From Callorhinchus milii (lineage: Eukaryota), in contig NW_024704742.1 of NCBI RefSeq assembly GCF_018977255.1, positions 78,184,001 to 78,248,000 on the forward strand: a stretch of DNA of 64,000 bases, read 5' to 3'. The notes under the pieces were generated by a model that saw nothing but the letters and a program-made list of their open reading frames with translations, had not been told where the DNA came from and did no database searches. Positions 54,901 through 63,502 of the stretch are shown one piece after another. A program made the position numbers and the translations under genes. Each line of letters starts with the position of its first letter. Within the stretch, counting starts at the first letter, position 1.

Positions 54901-56933
54901 ATCCCCTCTCAAACTCTCTCTCAATCACCCTCTCTCAATCTCCCCCCTCTCTATTTCTTTCTCTTCCCCTCTCCCTCACATTCACTCTCTCCCACCTCAT
55001 ATTCTCTCTCCCTCTCTCAGACTCTCTCTCAATCGCTCTCTGCTCTCCCTCTCTCAATCACTCTCACAGTCTCTCTCTCATTCCCCCTTTCTTACCTCTC
55101 ACACACATACACTCTCTCCTCTCTCCCCTCCCTCTCTCTCTCACTCTCTTCACCCCCCTGCTCCTCTCCCTGACTTTCTCTTCCCCCTCTTCTCCCCCCA
55201 CCCCTTTCTCCCACATCTCTCTCTCCCACCTCTCTCTTCCCACCCCCCCTCTCCCCACGTCTCAGCCCCGAGGCTATGGAACTCCTTCCCCCAGTGCCTT
55301 CGCCTTGCTTCCTCCCTTTCCTCCTTCAAGGCCGGTCTCAAAACCTTTCTCTTTGACCGTGCCTTCAGCTCCCCTCTCGACTCTCTTCCTCCTCCTCGCT
55401 CCCTCCCTTCCCTCCCCTCACCCTGACCATTTCCCCCCTCCTCTCTCCCTCCCTTCCCTCCCCTCACCCTGACCATTTCCCCCCTGCTCGGGTCATGACC
55501 CAACTGTGCAGCGCCTTGGGACGTCCTCCTGACGTGAAAGGCGCTCTATAAATGGAATCTTGTTGTTGTTGTTGTTGTTGTTGTCTTTCTCTCCCCCCAC
55601 TCGCCCCCCTCAATCCCTCTCTCTCCCAATCTCTCTCCCAAGTGCAGGTCACTATCTGCAGCGGCAGAGCCGGTGGTTGGTTGCTAATGGCGCGGTTAGT
55701 AAGAGACCCGTTTGCCTTCCTGGCCAACAGTAGTAAAGATCCTGTGCACTGCGTCCTCCCAACCGCAGGCTCCTGCCACTGCCCTGTGAGCAGCGAGGGA
55801 GTGGAAGTTGAGTGGAAATGGTCGCGGGCCACATAAAATCTCCTGCCGGGCCGCTGGTGGCCATGTGCCACACTGACATAGAGAGTTGATATTCCGGGGT
55901 TATGGGTAACCTTGAATCACATTGTTCATCAGATATTATTTAGCTCCCTTTTATACAAACAAAACTGTTCAACTGTGTGAAGCACCAGAAATGTCCATAA
56001 CACTTTCCCCATTGAGGTTTTGACCTGCATAGTTTAGTCTAAATCCTTAATATCTCATTGATGACCTGGACTGGCTGGCCAACCAGCAGGCTGCTGTCTT
56101 GCATTATTGCAGAACTGCAAGGATGTGTCTCATCTTTTTTGAGATAATTAAAGCTCTATAATAATAATAATCCTTGCATTTGATATAGCGCTTTTCACGT
56201 CGGGAGGATGTCCCAAAGCGCTTCACAGAACACACTGTAAAGTGAATTGATATTTGTGTATATAAACTGTATATTTGTGGGCGAACGCGGCAGCCAATTG
56301 CGCACAGCAATGTCCCACAAACAGTCGTAGATTGAAAATGACCAATTTATTATTGTTTTTGGTTTTGGAGGGATTATTATTAGGCTCTGTGTGGAGTAAG
56401 GAAACTTGCCCAAGGTTTCACCCTCTGCCTGGAATTGAACTCAGGTCTCTCGCTTGCAAAGCGAGTGCTCTAACCACTGAGCTACAGGACTCCACATAAG
56501 GAAGGTTCCCACTTTACTGACCTCAAGCATGTGATCTGCTGAGTGGAACAGAATTCAAAGCCATAATCTTATGTTTCTAACTCTCGTGCTCAGCGGGCTT
56601 CTAAAATCTCTCTATTAATGGTATAATAACAATAACAGCATTAACTGTTTTTAATTAATGTATGCCGATTAGTAATTTAATTCAAAAAGAGGCAAGCTTG
56701 TTGGAAATGTTCTTAAAAATTCTGGCTTTATAACTTCTGATATTATCCATATTGAGTAGGTATGAACCTTGTTTGATATGATTGCAGATCAGTAAAACTA
56801 AACTGCTTTTTTTTCTTGTCTGTTTACAGGTCATTCTACAAATTTTGTTGTAACTGTGTTATTGCCATCAGAAAAGGATAATGACTACTGGATATCCAAA
56901 GGATCTGCTCTGCTTTGTCAACTGAATGAATAA
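835..56933 (+). CDS. DNAH6: Dynein axonemal heavy chain 6, 3' part (16 exons, 5' end outside window; 756 aa + stop)
   Basis: Manually spliced exons join in phase (total 2271 nt). Peptide includes AAA6 motifs [67 protein letters not shown] and the C-terminus [22 protein letters not shown]...[11 protein letters not shown]. It matches my recollection of vertebrate DNAH6. Confidence 0.95.
1184..1353 (+). CDS. DNAH6: DNAH6 exon 2 ([14 protein letters not shown]...[14 protein letters not shown])
   Basis: tttcttcag acceptor, AAG|gtacag donor, 170 nt in phase. Confidence 0.88.
2356..2665 (+). mobile_element. Young tRNA-Ala-headed SINE (full length)
   Basis: GTGGAGTCCTGTAGCT head with A/B boxes; shared body; L2-type stem-loop tail and (ATT)n; highly similar to other copies. 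Confidence 0.9.
3612..3802 (+). CDS. DNAH6: DNAH6 exon 3 (VVFAITDFV...[21 protein letters not shown])
   Basis: ttttag acceptor, AG|gtaagg donor; matches ORF 3612..3806. Confidence 0.95.
4835..4995 (+). CDS. DNAH6: DNAH6 exon 4 ([15 protein letters not shown]...[11 protein letters not shown]...TFTEP)
   Basis: ctacag acceptor, A|gtatgt donor, dynein AAA6 motifs. Confidence 0.95.
5094..5156. mobile_element. 63-bp hAT-type mini-MITE / hairpin
   Basis: Perfect 17-bp TIR CAGGGATGGCCAACTTG / CAAGTTGGCCATCCCTG. Confidence 0.65.
5909..6292 (-). mobile_element. Young L2 LINE 3' fragment
   Basis: Encodes [24 protein letters not shown]...APRLWNSIP; (CAA)n tail; near-identical to 45801..46573. Confidence 0.9.
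6429..6517 (+). CDS. DNAH6: DNAH6 exon 5 ([15 protein letters not shown]...VLQNSVK)
   Basis: ttccttag acceptor, AAG|gtaatg donor, 89 nt in phase. Confidence 0.93.
6736..6890 (+). mobile_element. Deu-type SINE 5' fragment
   Basis: gtagcactcttagctttgagtcagaatgttgtgggttcaagcccca ... tttagatgagac. Confidence 0.6.
7010..7621 (+). mobile_element. L2 LINE 3' fragment (older subfamily)
   Basis: [12 protein letters not shown]...[15 protein letters not shown]; stem-loop tail plus (GTT)n. Confidence 0.88.
8186..8332 (+). CDS. DNAH6: DNAH6 exon 6 ([17 protein letters not shown]...CFFHAIVQ)
   Basis: cttcttcag acceptor, CAG|gtatgt donor, 147 nt. Confidence 0.95.
8515..9065 (+). mobile_element. CR1 LINE 3' fragments (degenerate, possibly two)
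   Basis: ctagggctcttcagtcttgag..ctcagagggggacctcatagaggtgttcaaaat; CR1-like 3'UTR gatgggctgaagggcctac..cctatgttc. Confidence 0.65.
9130..9895 (+). mobile_element. L2 LINE RT/3' fragment with internal deletions
   Basis: [10 protein letters not shown]...[15 protein letters not shown]...RNLGVLFD; tail with (GTT)n. Confidence 0.88.
10203..10341 (+). CDS. DNAH6: DNAH6 exon 7 ([16 protein letters not shown]...[10 protein letters not shown])
   Basis: atcttcag acceptor, G|gtgagc donor, 139 nt. Confidence 0.95.
11225..11780 (-). mobile_element. CR1 LINE 3' fragment
   Basis: Reverse complement of CR1 C-terminus (ccagaactgtatgcagtattcaagatgcggtctgacc = [12 protein letters not shown]). Confidence 0.75.
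11781..12104 (-). mobile_element. Young tRNA-Ala-headed SINE (full length)
   Basis: Reverse complement of the family sequence including (AAT)n tail and GGACTCCA head. Confidence 0.92.
12915..13318 (+). mobile_element. L2 LINE 3' fragment
   Basis: [23 protein letters not shown]; tail with (GTT)n; same subfamily as 41730 and 60745. Confidence 0.8.
14063..14369 (+). mobile_element. Young tRNA-Ala-headed SINE
   Basis: Family head, body and tail; possible AAAATGT target duplication at both ends. Confidence 0.92.
15462..15581 (+). CDS. DNAH6: DNAH6 exon 8 ([22 protein letters not shown]...YKYSES); GC donor
   Basis: aatag acceptor; phase with the next exon requires TCAG|gcaagt. Confidence 0.92.
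15722..16045 (+). repeat. Ancient unassigned interspersed repeat, copy A
   Basis: Collinear motifs shared with 28222..28495 and 49952..50250. Confidence 0.6.
17277..17398 (+). CDS. DNAH6: DNAH6 exon 9 (GIYYSPEAD...[17 protein letters not shown])
   Basis: poly-T ag acceptor, CAG|gtttgt donor, 122 nt. Confidence 0.95.
18555..19015 (+). mobile_element. Deu-type SINE with a nested L2 tail (~18740..18807)
   Basis: gtctaagctgacactccagtgc..ggatgagatgttgaactgagacccc..caggtggac | L2 tail | ccatggcactattt. Confidence 0.7.
19079..19400 (+). mobile_element. Young tRNA-Ala-headed SINE
   Basis: Near-identical to the 25439 and 56159 copies. Confidence 0.93.
19575..20140 (+). mobile_element. L2 LINE 3' fragment
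   Basis: cttgactgcgccaattccctgctc..tggctctccattccccagaggat; tail. Confidence 0.8.
21030..21170 (+). mobile_element. Ancient SINE fragment (AmnSINE2-like, from memory)
   Basis: catactgaccaagaagactccag..gatccctgatctgtgttgagtagctaatttca; a related minus-strand relic lies at ~33930..34250. Confidence 0.35.
21185..21392 (+). mobile_element. CR1 3' end remnant
   Basis: agagggtggtgagaatgtggaactcactgcca ([10 protein letters not shown]) ... ggctgaattggcctgtttctgtgctgta. Confidence 0.6.
21936..22065 (+). CDS. DNAH6: DNAH6 exon 10 ([17 protein letters not shown]...LSKLP)
   Basis: gttacag acceptor, G|gtaatc donor, 130 nt. Confidence 0.93.
22711..23012 (+). mobile_element. Degenerate copy of the tRNA-headed SINE
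   Basis: Diverged head (tgtagcgtattggttagagc..ctgggttcg) and body. Confidence 0.75.
23075..23235 (+). mobile_element. Penelope-like element terminal fragment
   Basis: ctgacaaagggtcgtggacctgaaacgttgactc..tctccatagatgctgcctaacctgctgagt..ttccagcatctgcagt, typical of fish Penelope termini (from memory). Confidence 0.65.
23674..24215 (-). mobile_element. L2 LINE 3' fragment
   Basis: (CAA)n tail and [19 protein letters not shown] sequence on the minus strand. Confidence 0.85.
24463..24930 (-). mobile_element. Internally deleted L2 (3' UTR fused to pre-RT ORF2 segment)
   Basis: Tail followed directly by [36 protein letters not shown]. Confidence 0.75.
25439..25764 (+). mobile_element. Young tRNA-Ala-headed SINE
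   Basis: Full family sequence with (ATT)n tail. Confidence 0.93.
28222..28495 (+). repeat. Ancient unassigned interspersed repeat, copy B
   Basis: catggaaatttcc..ctggagagatgcaccctgcttacttaattc..ctggagtttaaccagctaaaac. Confidence 0.6.
28889..29325 (-). mobile_element. CR1 LINE 3' fragment
   Basis: [26 protein letters not shown] on the minus strand; CR1 3'UTR aggagtaggtcattcagcccctcgag. Confidence 0.85.
30456..30583 (+). CDS. DNAH6: DNAH6 exon 11 (EKLDLEV...[22 protein letters not shown])
   Basis: atcgtag acceptor, AAG|gtacat donor, 128 nt. Confidence 0.93.
32060..32325 (-). mobile_element. Deu-type SINE fragment
   Basis: Reverse complement of core: atctttcacgtccacctga..gcactggagtgtcagcctaga. 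Confidence 0.6.
32476..32836 (-). mobile_element. Older variant of the tRNA-headed SINE
   Basis: ctgagctacaggactccac head, longer middle, shared tail. Confidence 0.8.
34689..35288 (+). mobile_element. L2 LINE 3' fragment inserted into a Deu-type SINE head
   Basis: [30 protein letters not shown]; its (GTT)n tail resumes at 37174. Confidence 0.85.
35289..37173 (-). mobile_element. CR1 LINE, 5'-truncated and frameshifted (RT domain to 3' end)
   Basis: [59 protein letters not shown]; tttgtt repeated at both ends. Confidence 0.92.
37372..41162 (-). mobile_element. Older L2 LINE (host), split by a younger L2; segments 37372..38251 and 40830..41162
   Basis: Host reading frame [16 protein letters not shown] rejoins across the insert; [19 protein letters not shown]. 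Confidence 0.85.
38252..40829 (-). mobile_element. Young L2 LINE, ~2.6 kb, 5'-truncated, ORF2 disrupted
   Basis: ORF fragments [60 protein letters not shown]; (CAA)n tail. Confidence 0.93.
41300..41615 (+). mobile_element. Deu-type SINE (second copy adjacent to the nest)
   Basis: gacactccagtacaatactg..cttcagataagatattaaactgaggtc..taaagatcccttggcac..gggacattgctgtgcacaatt. Confidence 0.65.
41730..42180 (-). mobile_element. L2 LINE 3' fragment
   Basis: [31 protein letters not shown]. Confidence 0.85.
45745..46899 (+). mobile_element. Deu-type SINE split by a young L2
   Basis: gtctaagctaacattccaatgtagtgctg | L2 | ..tttgatgagaggttaaa..catggcactattcaaaaagagaagggagtttctcc..tail. Confidence 0.7.
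45801..46573 (+). mobile_element. Young L2 LINE 3' 770 bp
   Basis: Near-identical reverse complement of 38252..39124 without the inversion; tgttct at both junctions. Confidence 0.93.
47481..47666 (+). CDS. DNAH6: DNAH6 exon 12 ([17 protein letters not shown]...[14 protein letters not shown]...FIQ)
   Basis: tgtacag acceptor, CAG|gtgaga donor, 186 nt. Confidence 0.95.
49153..49225 (+). CDS. DNAH6: DNAH6 exon 13 ([24 protein letters not shown])
   Basis: ttttacag acceptor, G|gtgaga donor, 73 nt. Confidence 0.95.
49952..50250 (+). repeat. Ancient unassigned interspersed repeat, copy C
   Basis: catggaatttcc..cttggagggacgcatcctgcttatctaattctggaa..ctggcaagct. Confidence 0.6.
50715..51480 (-). mobile_element. 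L2 LINE fragment
   Basis: [24 protein letters not shown] on the minus strand. Confidence 0.8.
51591..51853 (+). mobile_element. tRNA-headed SINE, 5'-truncated
   Basis: ctgggttcgattcctggcagg..aaccttgg..body and tail. Confidence 0.8.
52109..52260 (+). CDS. DNAH6: DNAH6 exon 14 ([19 protein letters not shown]...LLMDVE)
   Basis: gtttcag acceptor, GAG|gtaatt donor, 152 nt. Confidence 0.95.
54369..54591 (+). CDS. DNAH6: DNAH6 exon 15 ([17 protein letters not shown]...[15 protein letters not shown])
   Basis: ctatcag acceptor, G|gtagag donor, 223 nt. Confidence 0.95.
54836..55640 (+). repeat. CT-rich polypyrimidine low-complexity tract interrupted by a young L2 3' end
   Basis: ctctctc/ccc-rich sequence on both sides of the L2 insert. 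Confidence 0.85.
55259..55584 (+). mobile_element. Young L2 3' end
   Basis: Same 3'UTR as 46310..46573; (GTT)n tail. Confidence 0.9.
56159..56495 (-). mobile_element. Young tRNA-Ala-headed SINE
   Basis: Full family sequence; perfect anticodon stem CTCGC-TTTGCAA-GCGAG on the minus strand. Confidence 0.93.
56830..56933 (+). CDS. DNAH6: DNAH6 last coding exon ([14 protein letters not shown]...[11 protein letters not shown])
   Basis: tgtttacag acceptor; TAA at 56931..56933. Confidence 0.95.
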
Positions 56934-57265
56934 ATTCAGATTTGGTGGACTCATGGCTTGTAATTGTGCAGGTGATGGAGGTACCATCCATTTTTTAAAT
57001 ATGAATGAGTCTGAAAAAGAAATTGCATAGGAATCAACTGCTCAGCTGGAATCTCATTTAAAAACTCTTTGATTTGCATCATCCATCAAGTAAATATTTA
57101 GTTTCCATACATATAATGCAACTTGTGTTGTACTGTTGCAATTTTATCTACTTATCTTTACATAATTGGTTCATTTCCTGTTTTTCAAAAAAAACAAAGA
57201 TATGTTATAGCTTTGCATCCATCTTGATTCAATTTATGTAAATTAATTCTTTATATGAGTATCTA

Positions 57266-57271
57266 AATAAA
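57266..57271 (+). promoter_or_regulatory. Candidate polyadenylation signal of DNAH6 (AATAAA)
   Basis: AATAAA ~330 nt after the stop codon, followed by T-rich sequence (tgttttg, tttttttt). Confidence 0.6.
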
Positions 57272-60071
57272 AACACCATTTCCTGAAATGTACCTCACTA
57301 TGTTTTGAAGCAATTTTTTTTAATACTGAATTCTTTGAAATTGGAAGCAAGTTCTCATTTTTAATGAAAAACACGCAGGGAACTAAAGTCCTGGCAAGAC
57401 TCAATATGAAATGTAGTGTGTTAACGTGGGATGTAGTGTCTTAACACTACATCCCATATTAATCAAGTATCGTGCGTCAGGGCCTGATTTAAAATAGACC
57501 AATATAACCCAGTCATTGTATATCAAATGAGACACTAATGAAGCTTCACATAGAAATTTGCCTCGGAGAGGTTCCGCATTGGTATTCAAGATCCCTCCAC
57601 TTTGCAAGCTGCCATCCTCACTTTTTATCAATCTCTGCAGGCAGTATTCACAAGGACTGTTTGCTCTCAATTTTTTGAAAGCATCCCTCCTGTAACAGCG
57701 ATTCCTCAAGTCATTTACTTGTCATCCTGCTATTTATCATTAGTATTACAAATGCCACAAATAGGAGCCAAGAAACAAACAAAGCATACTTCTAACGCCC
57801 TTGCTTCCAGTAGCAGGTTGAGTGGGTTTTGACATGTAAACAAAAAGCCTTCAGGACAAAAATCAATACAATTCAAGGCTCATCTCAAACTGGCCACTTT
57901 AGAATTGAACGCCTCAGTTACCTGGTGGCATTACTGTAAACACATCTTGGGCAGCAGCACTCAAGGTTAAACAAGGTGGAGCTGCTTTCAGAGGCTGATG
58001 ATAGCACCATGTCGAGAGGTGCTTTTTCTCTTCACCTCCATAGTTAGCAGCCAGGGAATCTGGAGGTCAGAGGAGAATTTTCGTTTCCTCTGGTGCACAC
58101 AATTTGTTCTGGTTGCTGAAGGATTCAGCTCTTTACCTGCTGCAATGCTTGGGCCTTCTGTAGTAACCAGGAAAAGAGATTTGCATGAAACAAAATCTTG
58201 TCACAAATAATATATCTTCTCACTTTTTTTGGAATTGAAACAAATATGAAAACTGTTTCAGTTTTACAGCTGGAAAATTAATAATTGCTAAATGAATAAT
58301 TCTAATAACTCATGTGAAAGTTCAGGAGAAAAAAAATTAAAATGATTGTAAATGCGTCTGATTGGTTGTTGCAAGTTGAATTTATTCTGGAAAGATTAAA
58401 ATAACTTCCACAAGTATAGCAATAAATCAGTGTGGGACACAGAAGGTGATATATCAATTCAGCAAGGAAAGGCTTTATAATTGTCTTATTTCATTATTCA
58501 TAACCGGACATACAAAATTACCACATTTCACCACATTCAATTTTGATTTAAGTGGTTTAATAAAACTTACTAAAATGTGTACTAAGAAGTAAACTCAATG
58601 ATTTTAGAAAAAAACTAGTTTGTTGCCCTTGGGTCCTGAGGCTGAGTCATTTGAGAATTTGAACGTAAAGACTGAATATGTATCTTGCACATTGGAGCTT
58701 GTGATTTAGCAACTCACAGCTTAGATTGACATTATTCGGGAGAATCAAAGCTCCCTGAGCAGCAATGAATGGTTAGGTACAGTAAGGGAAAAGCATAAGC
58801 ACTTGATTCAAGTGTTGCTTTGTCAAGATCCATTTGGATGACAAAGTTGTTGTTAAAAGTTGTGAAGTATTGATTTTCTGTTGTTCTTTTAATGGGTGGT
58901 GTGAAATGATCACACCTGCACTAAGTTAACGGGATACAGTTTTTTTTCATGATGTCATTTCCAACATGAATCCTACTTGTTCAAAGAAATGACTTGAGAC
59001 AAATCTAGGGGGAGAAACCTATCATTTCAAACACTTACCCTTGGAGTTTCCTTTTGTTCTATTCAAAAAATGATACAAGAGTGAATGAATGCACTCTTTA
59101 CATTCTTTTAACATCAAATATCCATTCTGCTGTTACAGACGAACACTTTCTTTATCAGCCTGAACATAATTGTAGGACAACTATGACCATTTTAGCATAC
59201 CATTTAGCATTTTCTCAATTGTGTAAATATTGGAGAACAAGCAGAGCATTTCACAACAAATTATTTACAACATATTTATTAGAGTCTGACTGATCTCAGA
59301 TCTCAGTCTGACAAGCTACTGTGAATCCTATTAAGGAACTTGTAGAGTCATCGGCCCAGCAAAGCTCAATCCACCTCACATTTCAATTCACACAGTGAAA
59401 GTTACTTGGTTGAATCCTGCACTTCAACATGGAATGAATTTAATCTGAAGAGAAAAAATCACATCAATGAAGAAAATTTGGCACTTGCCATGTTTATATA
59501 ACCCTGATTGGCAGGTGAAGTGTCTTTCACAAGTGAAAGTTACTAAAGGCTATAGAAATTGTCACAAGAGAACATTAACCCTTTGGATGAAGACGAGTTT
59601 ACAGGGACTCCTGACACATGGTGGTTGGGGGTGGAGATGGGGAATACCAAGCAGAAAGCTAAGTCATGTCATGTCCATAATACTCAGGGAAAGAGCATAC
59701 CTCGATTACTGTAATGTAAAAAAACTCTCTGGGAGGATGCTACCCCCCGTGAAGGGCACTATATAAATGCAAGTTGTTACTATTGTTGGTTAAGTCTCTT
59801 AAATTTTATTCATAAAATATTGTATTATTTTCAAAACAATGAATTGAATTTAATCATTTTAATTTACAAATCAAATTGTTGTTCGAGGGAAAAATATATT
59901 TTCAGTCAACTGCTCGATTCCTGTAATGTACAAAATTGGAAGCTTTCCCGATTGCTCAGTGGCTAAGTGCATCATCACGTTGGTCCTGGAATATTGAAAT
60001 GAGGAAGGTACTCTGTCACCTGTCTCTATTGTTATCTGATCTTCTCAGTGTCCATGGGTTGGAGAGGAGTC

Positions 60072-60468
60072 TGCCAGGGTTTCTGCAGGGCAATGCTTTC
60101 CAATGGACCCCAACAGTAAGTTGTGTCAATGTTTATAGATTGCAAAGGTACAAAGAGAGGCTCAGGAGAAGAAGGTTTTTTGGTCAATTTCATCTCATGC
60201 TTAAGGAATAATCCTTGCATTTTAAAGGAGTAAGGCAGCGTAGGGGAAGTTATTTTGTATTCAAGTTATCCCCTTCATTTTTGTCTGAAAAAATATTAAA
60301 ACATTTGTAAATATGTTTGTTCCCCATGTGGAAATGCAATAACATTTCTGGACTTGCAGATTCCCGCTACTACAGGTGTCCTTCCTTCTTCAGCTGCTTA
60401 CGGGATTACAATGACACAACTTAACATTGGGGTCCATTGGAAAGCATTGCCCTGCAGAAACCCTGGCA
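60072..60468. mobile_element. Putative MITE with ~57-bp terminal inverted repeats
   Basis: 60072..60128 is the near-perfect reverse complement of 60412..60468. Confidence 0.7.
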
Positions 60469-60744
60469 TGATTTTTCTCCGTATCCATTAATACCTATTT
60501 GTCCTCTATCTAACTTTCTTTTCAACATGTTAATTGGTTCTGCTTCTATAGTCCCCTGGGCAATGTATTCCACATTTACACAGCCATATAGGAGGAGAAA
60601 TGTTTTCCGAACTAAGTTCTGCCAATCTTGGCTCTAATTTAAAGGGTATAGTTTGGTGTATGGGATCAAAGATTGTTCTTGTGGCATTTGACATACATGC
60701 TATATTATGTGCGTGCTATGTTGAGGTAGGAACTGAGCTGTGCA

Positions 60745-62295
60745 AAAGCTTGGTAACTTTCTCTGGTGTCCAGCTAAGGCATATCTACACAATTCACCAT
60801 CATCTGGGCTCGAGCACCTTTGCACCTACTGTCTCTCCCTTTCACAGGCCAAAATAATTTACTTTTACTCCAAAGTCATCCTGGAAGCCAAAAACAACCA
60901 AAGACACTGTTTTCCACCGTCCATCACCTCCTCTGTGCACCCCCTCAAGCCGCCTCTATCCTCACATCAAACGCTAAGTGCGAAAAGGTCCTAGACTTCT
61001 TTGCATCATAGATTGAAAACATCCACTTAGCTGCATTATCCTCTCCCCATGTCCCCTTCCACCCCACGCAGACCATCACTCAATCCCCTTCCTCTACCCC
61101 TTCTGGCCGACACGGTGAACCAGTCTGTCTCCTCAGGCTCTGTTCCACTCCCCCTAAAAACCGCTGTTATCAAACCCCTCTTCAAAAATCCCACCCTCAA
61201 TCCCACTAACCTTTCATACTACCCTCTCGTTTCCAACCTGCCCTTCCTTGCCAAAATCCTGTCAAGTACCTCAGGGCTCCATCCTTAGCCCCCTTCTTTT
61301 CCTCATCTAAATGCCTCCTCTTGGCGATGTCATCGGCACGAGATAAACTTCCACATGTATGCGGATGACACATAAATCTACTTTGTCTCCTCCAGTACCA
61401 ACTCCAGGTCCACCGATGTTCTATCAGCTTGTCTGGCAGACATCAGGGCCAGGATGAGTGTAAACTTCCTGCAGCTGAAAGTGGACAAGACGGAAGCCAT
61501 ATTGCTTGGCTCCCACAAATGTCGTCACTCCTGCGGATCTGAACTCTTCAACCTCCCCAGGCTCTCCCTCAGACTCACTGAACCAGTGTGCAATCTAGGC
61601 GTCCTGTTCGACCCCCAACTGTCCTTCCACCCTCACATCCAGTCCCTGACCAGGACCACCTTCTTTCACCTCCGCCACATTGCCCACCTCTAACCGTACC
61701 TTACCCCAAATGCAGCCGAAACCCTCATGCAAGCGTTTGTCACCTCCCGCCTGGATTACTCAAATGCACTCCTCGCTGGTCTCCCCAGCTCCACTATTCA
61801 AAAACTCCAGCTCATTCAGAACTCTGCTGCCCGCATACTGACCCCGACCAAACTCCGTACCCACATCTCACCAGTTCTGGCCAGGCTCCACTGTCTCCCC
61901 ATCACCGAACGGATCAACTTCAAGATCCTCACAGACGTGTTCTAATTCCTTCAGCCTCTGGCACCTCCCTACCTCTTTGACCTCCTCACTCCACAATCCA
62001 TCATACGGTGCTTCTGCTCGACTGGCACTGGCTTCCTGCTTGTCCCTCGCACCATCCGCTTCACCATTGGAGGTCGTGCATTCAGCCACTATGCCCCAAC
62101 ACTCTCCCTCAATCCCTCTGCCTTGCCCCCTCTCTCCCCTTTTTCAAGTCCCATCTGAAAACTTTCTTTTCAGCAGTGCTTACGGTCACCTCCGGCCCCC
62201 CCACCCCCAGGCACGGAGTCAGGCTCCATCATTGTTAAGCGCTTTGAGATGCTACCCTGCATGGAGGGCGCTTTATAAGTACAAGTTGTTGTTGT
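60745..62295 (+). mobile_element. L2 LINE with several internal deletions
   Basis: [60 protein letters not shown]; (GTT)n tail. Confidence 0.88.
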
Positions 62296-63502
62296 CCATT
62301 GTATTACAACCACAACAACAACATCATTTACATCACGGTCTTCATGTGGGGTAGCTCCTTGGAACGCTTAAAATACAGAGAATATTCAGGTCCATTGTGT
62401 TTTTTTGGCTGTGTTACTGCAAGTGTGGACGCGTGTTCCTGAGTTGCTAAGCACTGTATACCAATGGTCCATTGGCGGTTTATGTCAACTCAATTCACTT
62501 TGTTCAATGCTAAAGTACAAGTCATTTCTATGGTCAGAATGGAACGTTAGTTATATTTTGTCATTTCTTTGAAGTGAAAGATCGGTACAAGGAACACAAT
62601 CAATAAGGTTTATGCATCAGAAAGTAAATCATGCTAATTCTTCTGTGTTTTGTCCTTGCCAAATGTTTTAACTTTGTGTTGTACTGATCACAGGAGTACA
62701 CAATGCAAAAGACAAATACATTTTATCCTATTGTGCAAATGATTGAATTCAGGTCAATTGATGTAAGCCAGCTTGAATCTTCTTCAATATTTACACACTG
62801 TTTTCTGCCTCAGGCAGTGATACAGTGGACAATAACATATATTGTATATCTGCAAAATAGCATACACAAAAACTTCTCCCAACAGTATAAAGGTTTTCAA
62901 GGAAAGTACTCGTTAAGTCCAATTGAAAAATGTTCGATGAAATTTGTGATCCATTTATTTTCACAGGAAGTTTAAATGAGTGTAAAGGGCAACGTCAAAC
63001 TGACCGAAAATGGTTCCTGATTTATAATAAATTACAATTTGAGGGGTTCACTGGGGGTGGACACAGAGAGTAATTTGAATTTGAATCAAGCTAAATATAT
63101 TGAACACATCCACTCTCCACAATAGGCAGCTATAGTTTAACACATATATTCAGGTGGAAAATGTAATGTGTGGATGCATCGTGTTTATTCTGATAATCAT
63201 CACACCAAATTTGTTACAAAGCAAACCTTGCACCCCACGAGTAAACAATTTAGTCTCCCTCCCAGTCCTGCCGCTCTTGTAGTCTGGAAGAATAACAAAA
63301 ATGGTTTTGAAGCAAGCCACAATTGTCAAACAGTGGAAAACATTAGACGTCTGTAAGACAGCTGACCTATTCCAAGATGATAACATGACTGAACAGCTTC
63401 AAGAATGATGTGGCCTACATAGCCTAATGGGGAAAGGTGTAGGACTAAGCTGCACAGAACAGAATGTTGCAGGTTTGAATCTTCATCTGTACTGAAAATG
63501 TT

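Noticed and set aside
54678..55472. 264-aa Ser/Leu/Pro-rich ORF
   Set aside because: Translation of a stop-poor CT low-complexity tract plus an L2 3' end.
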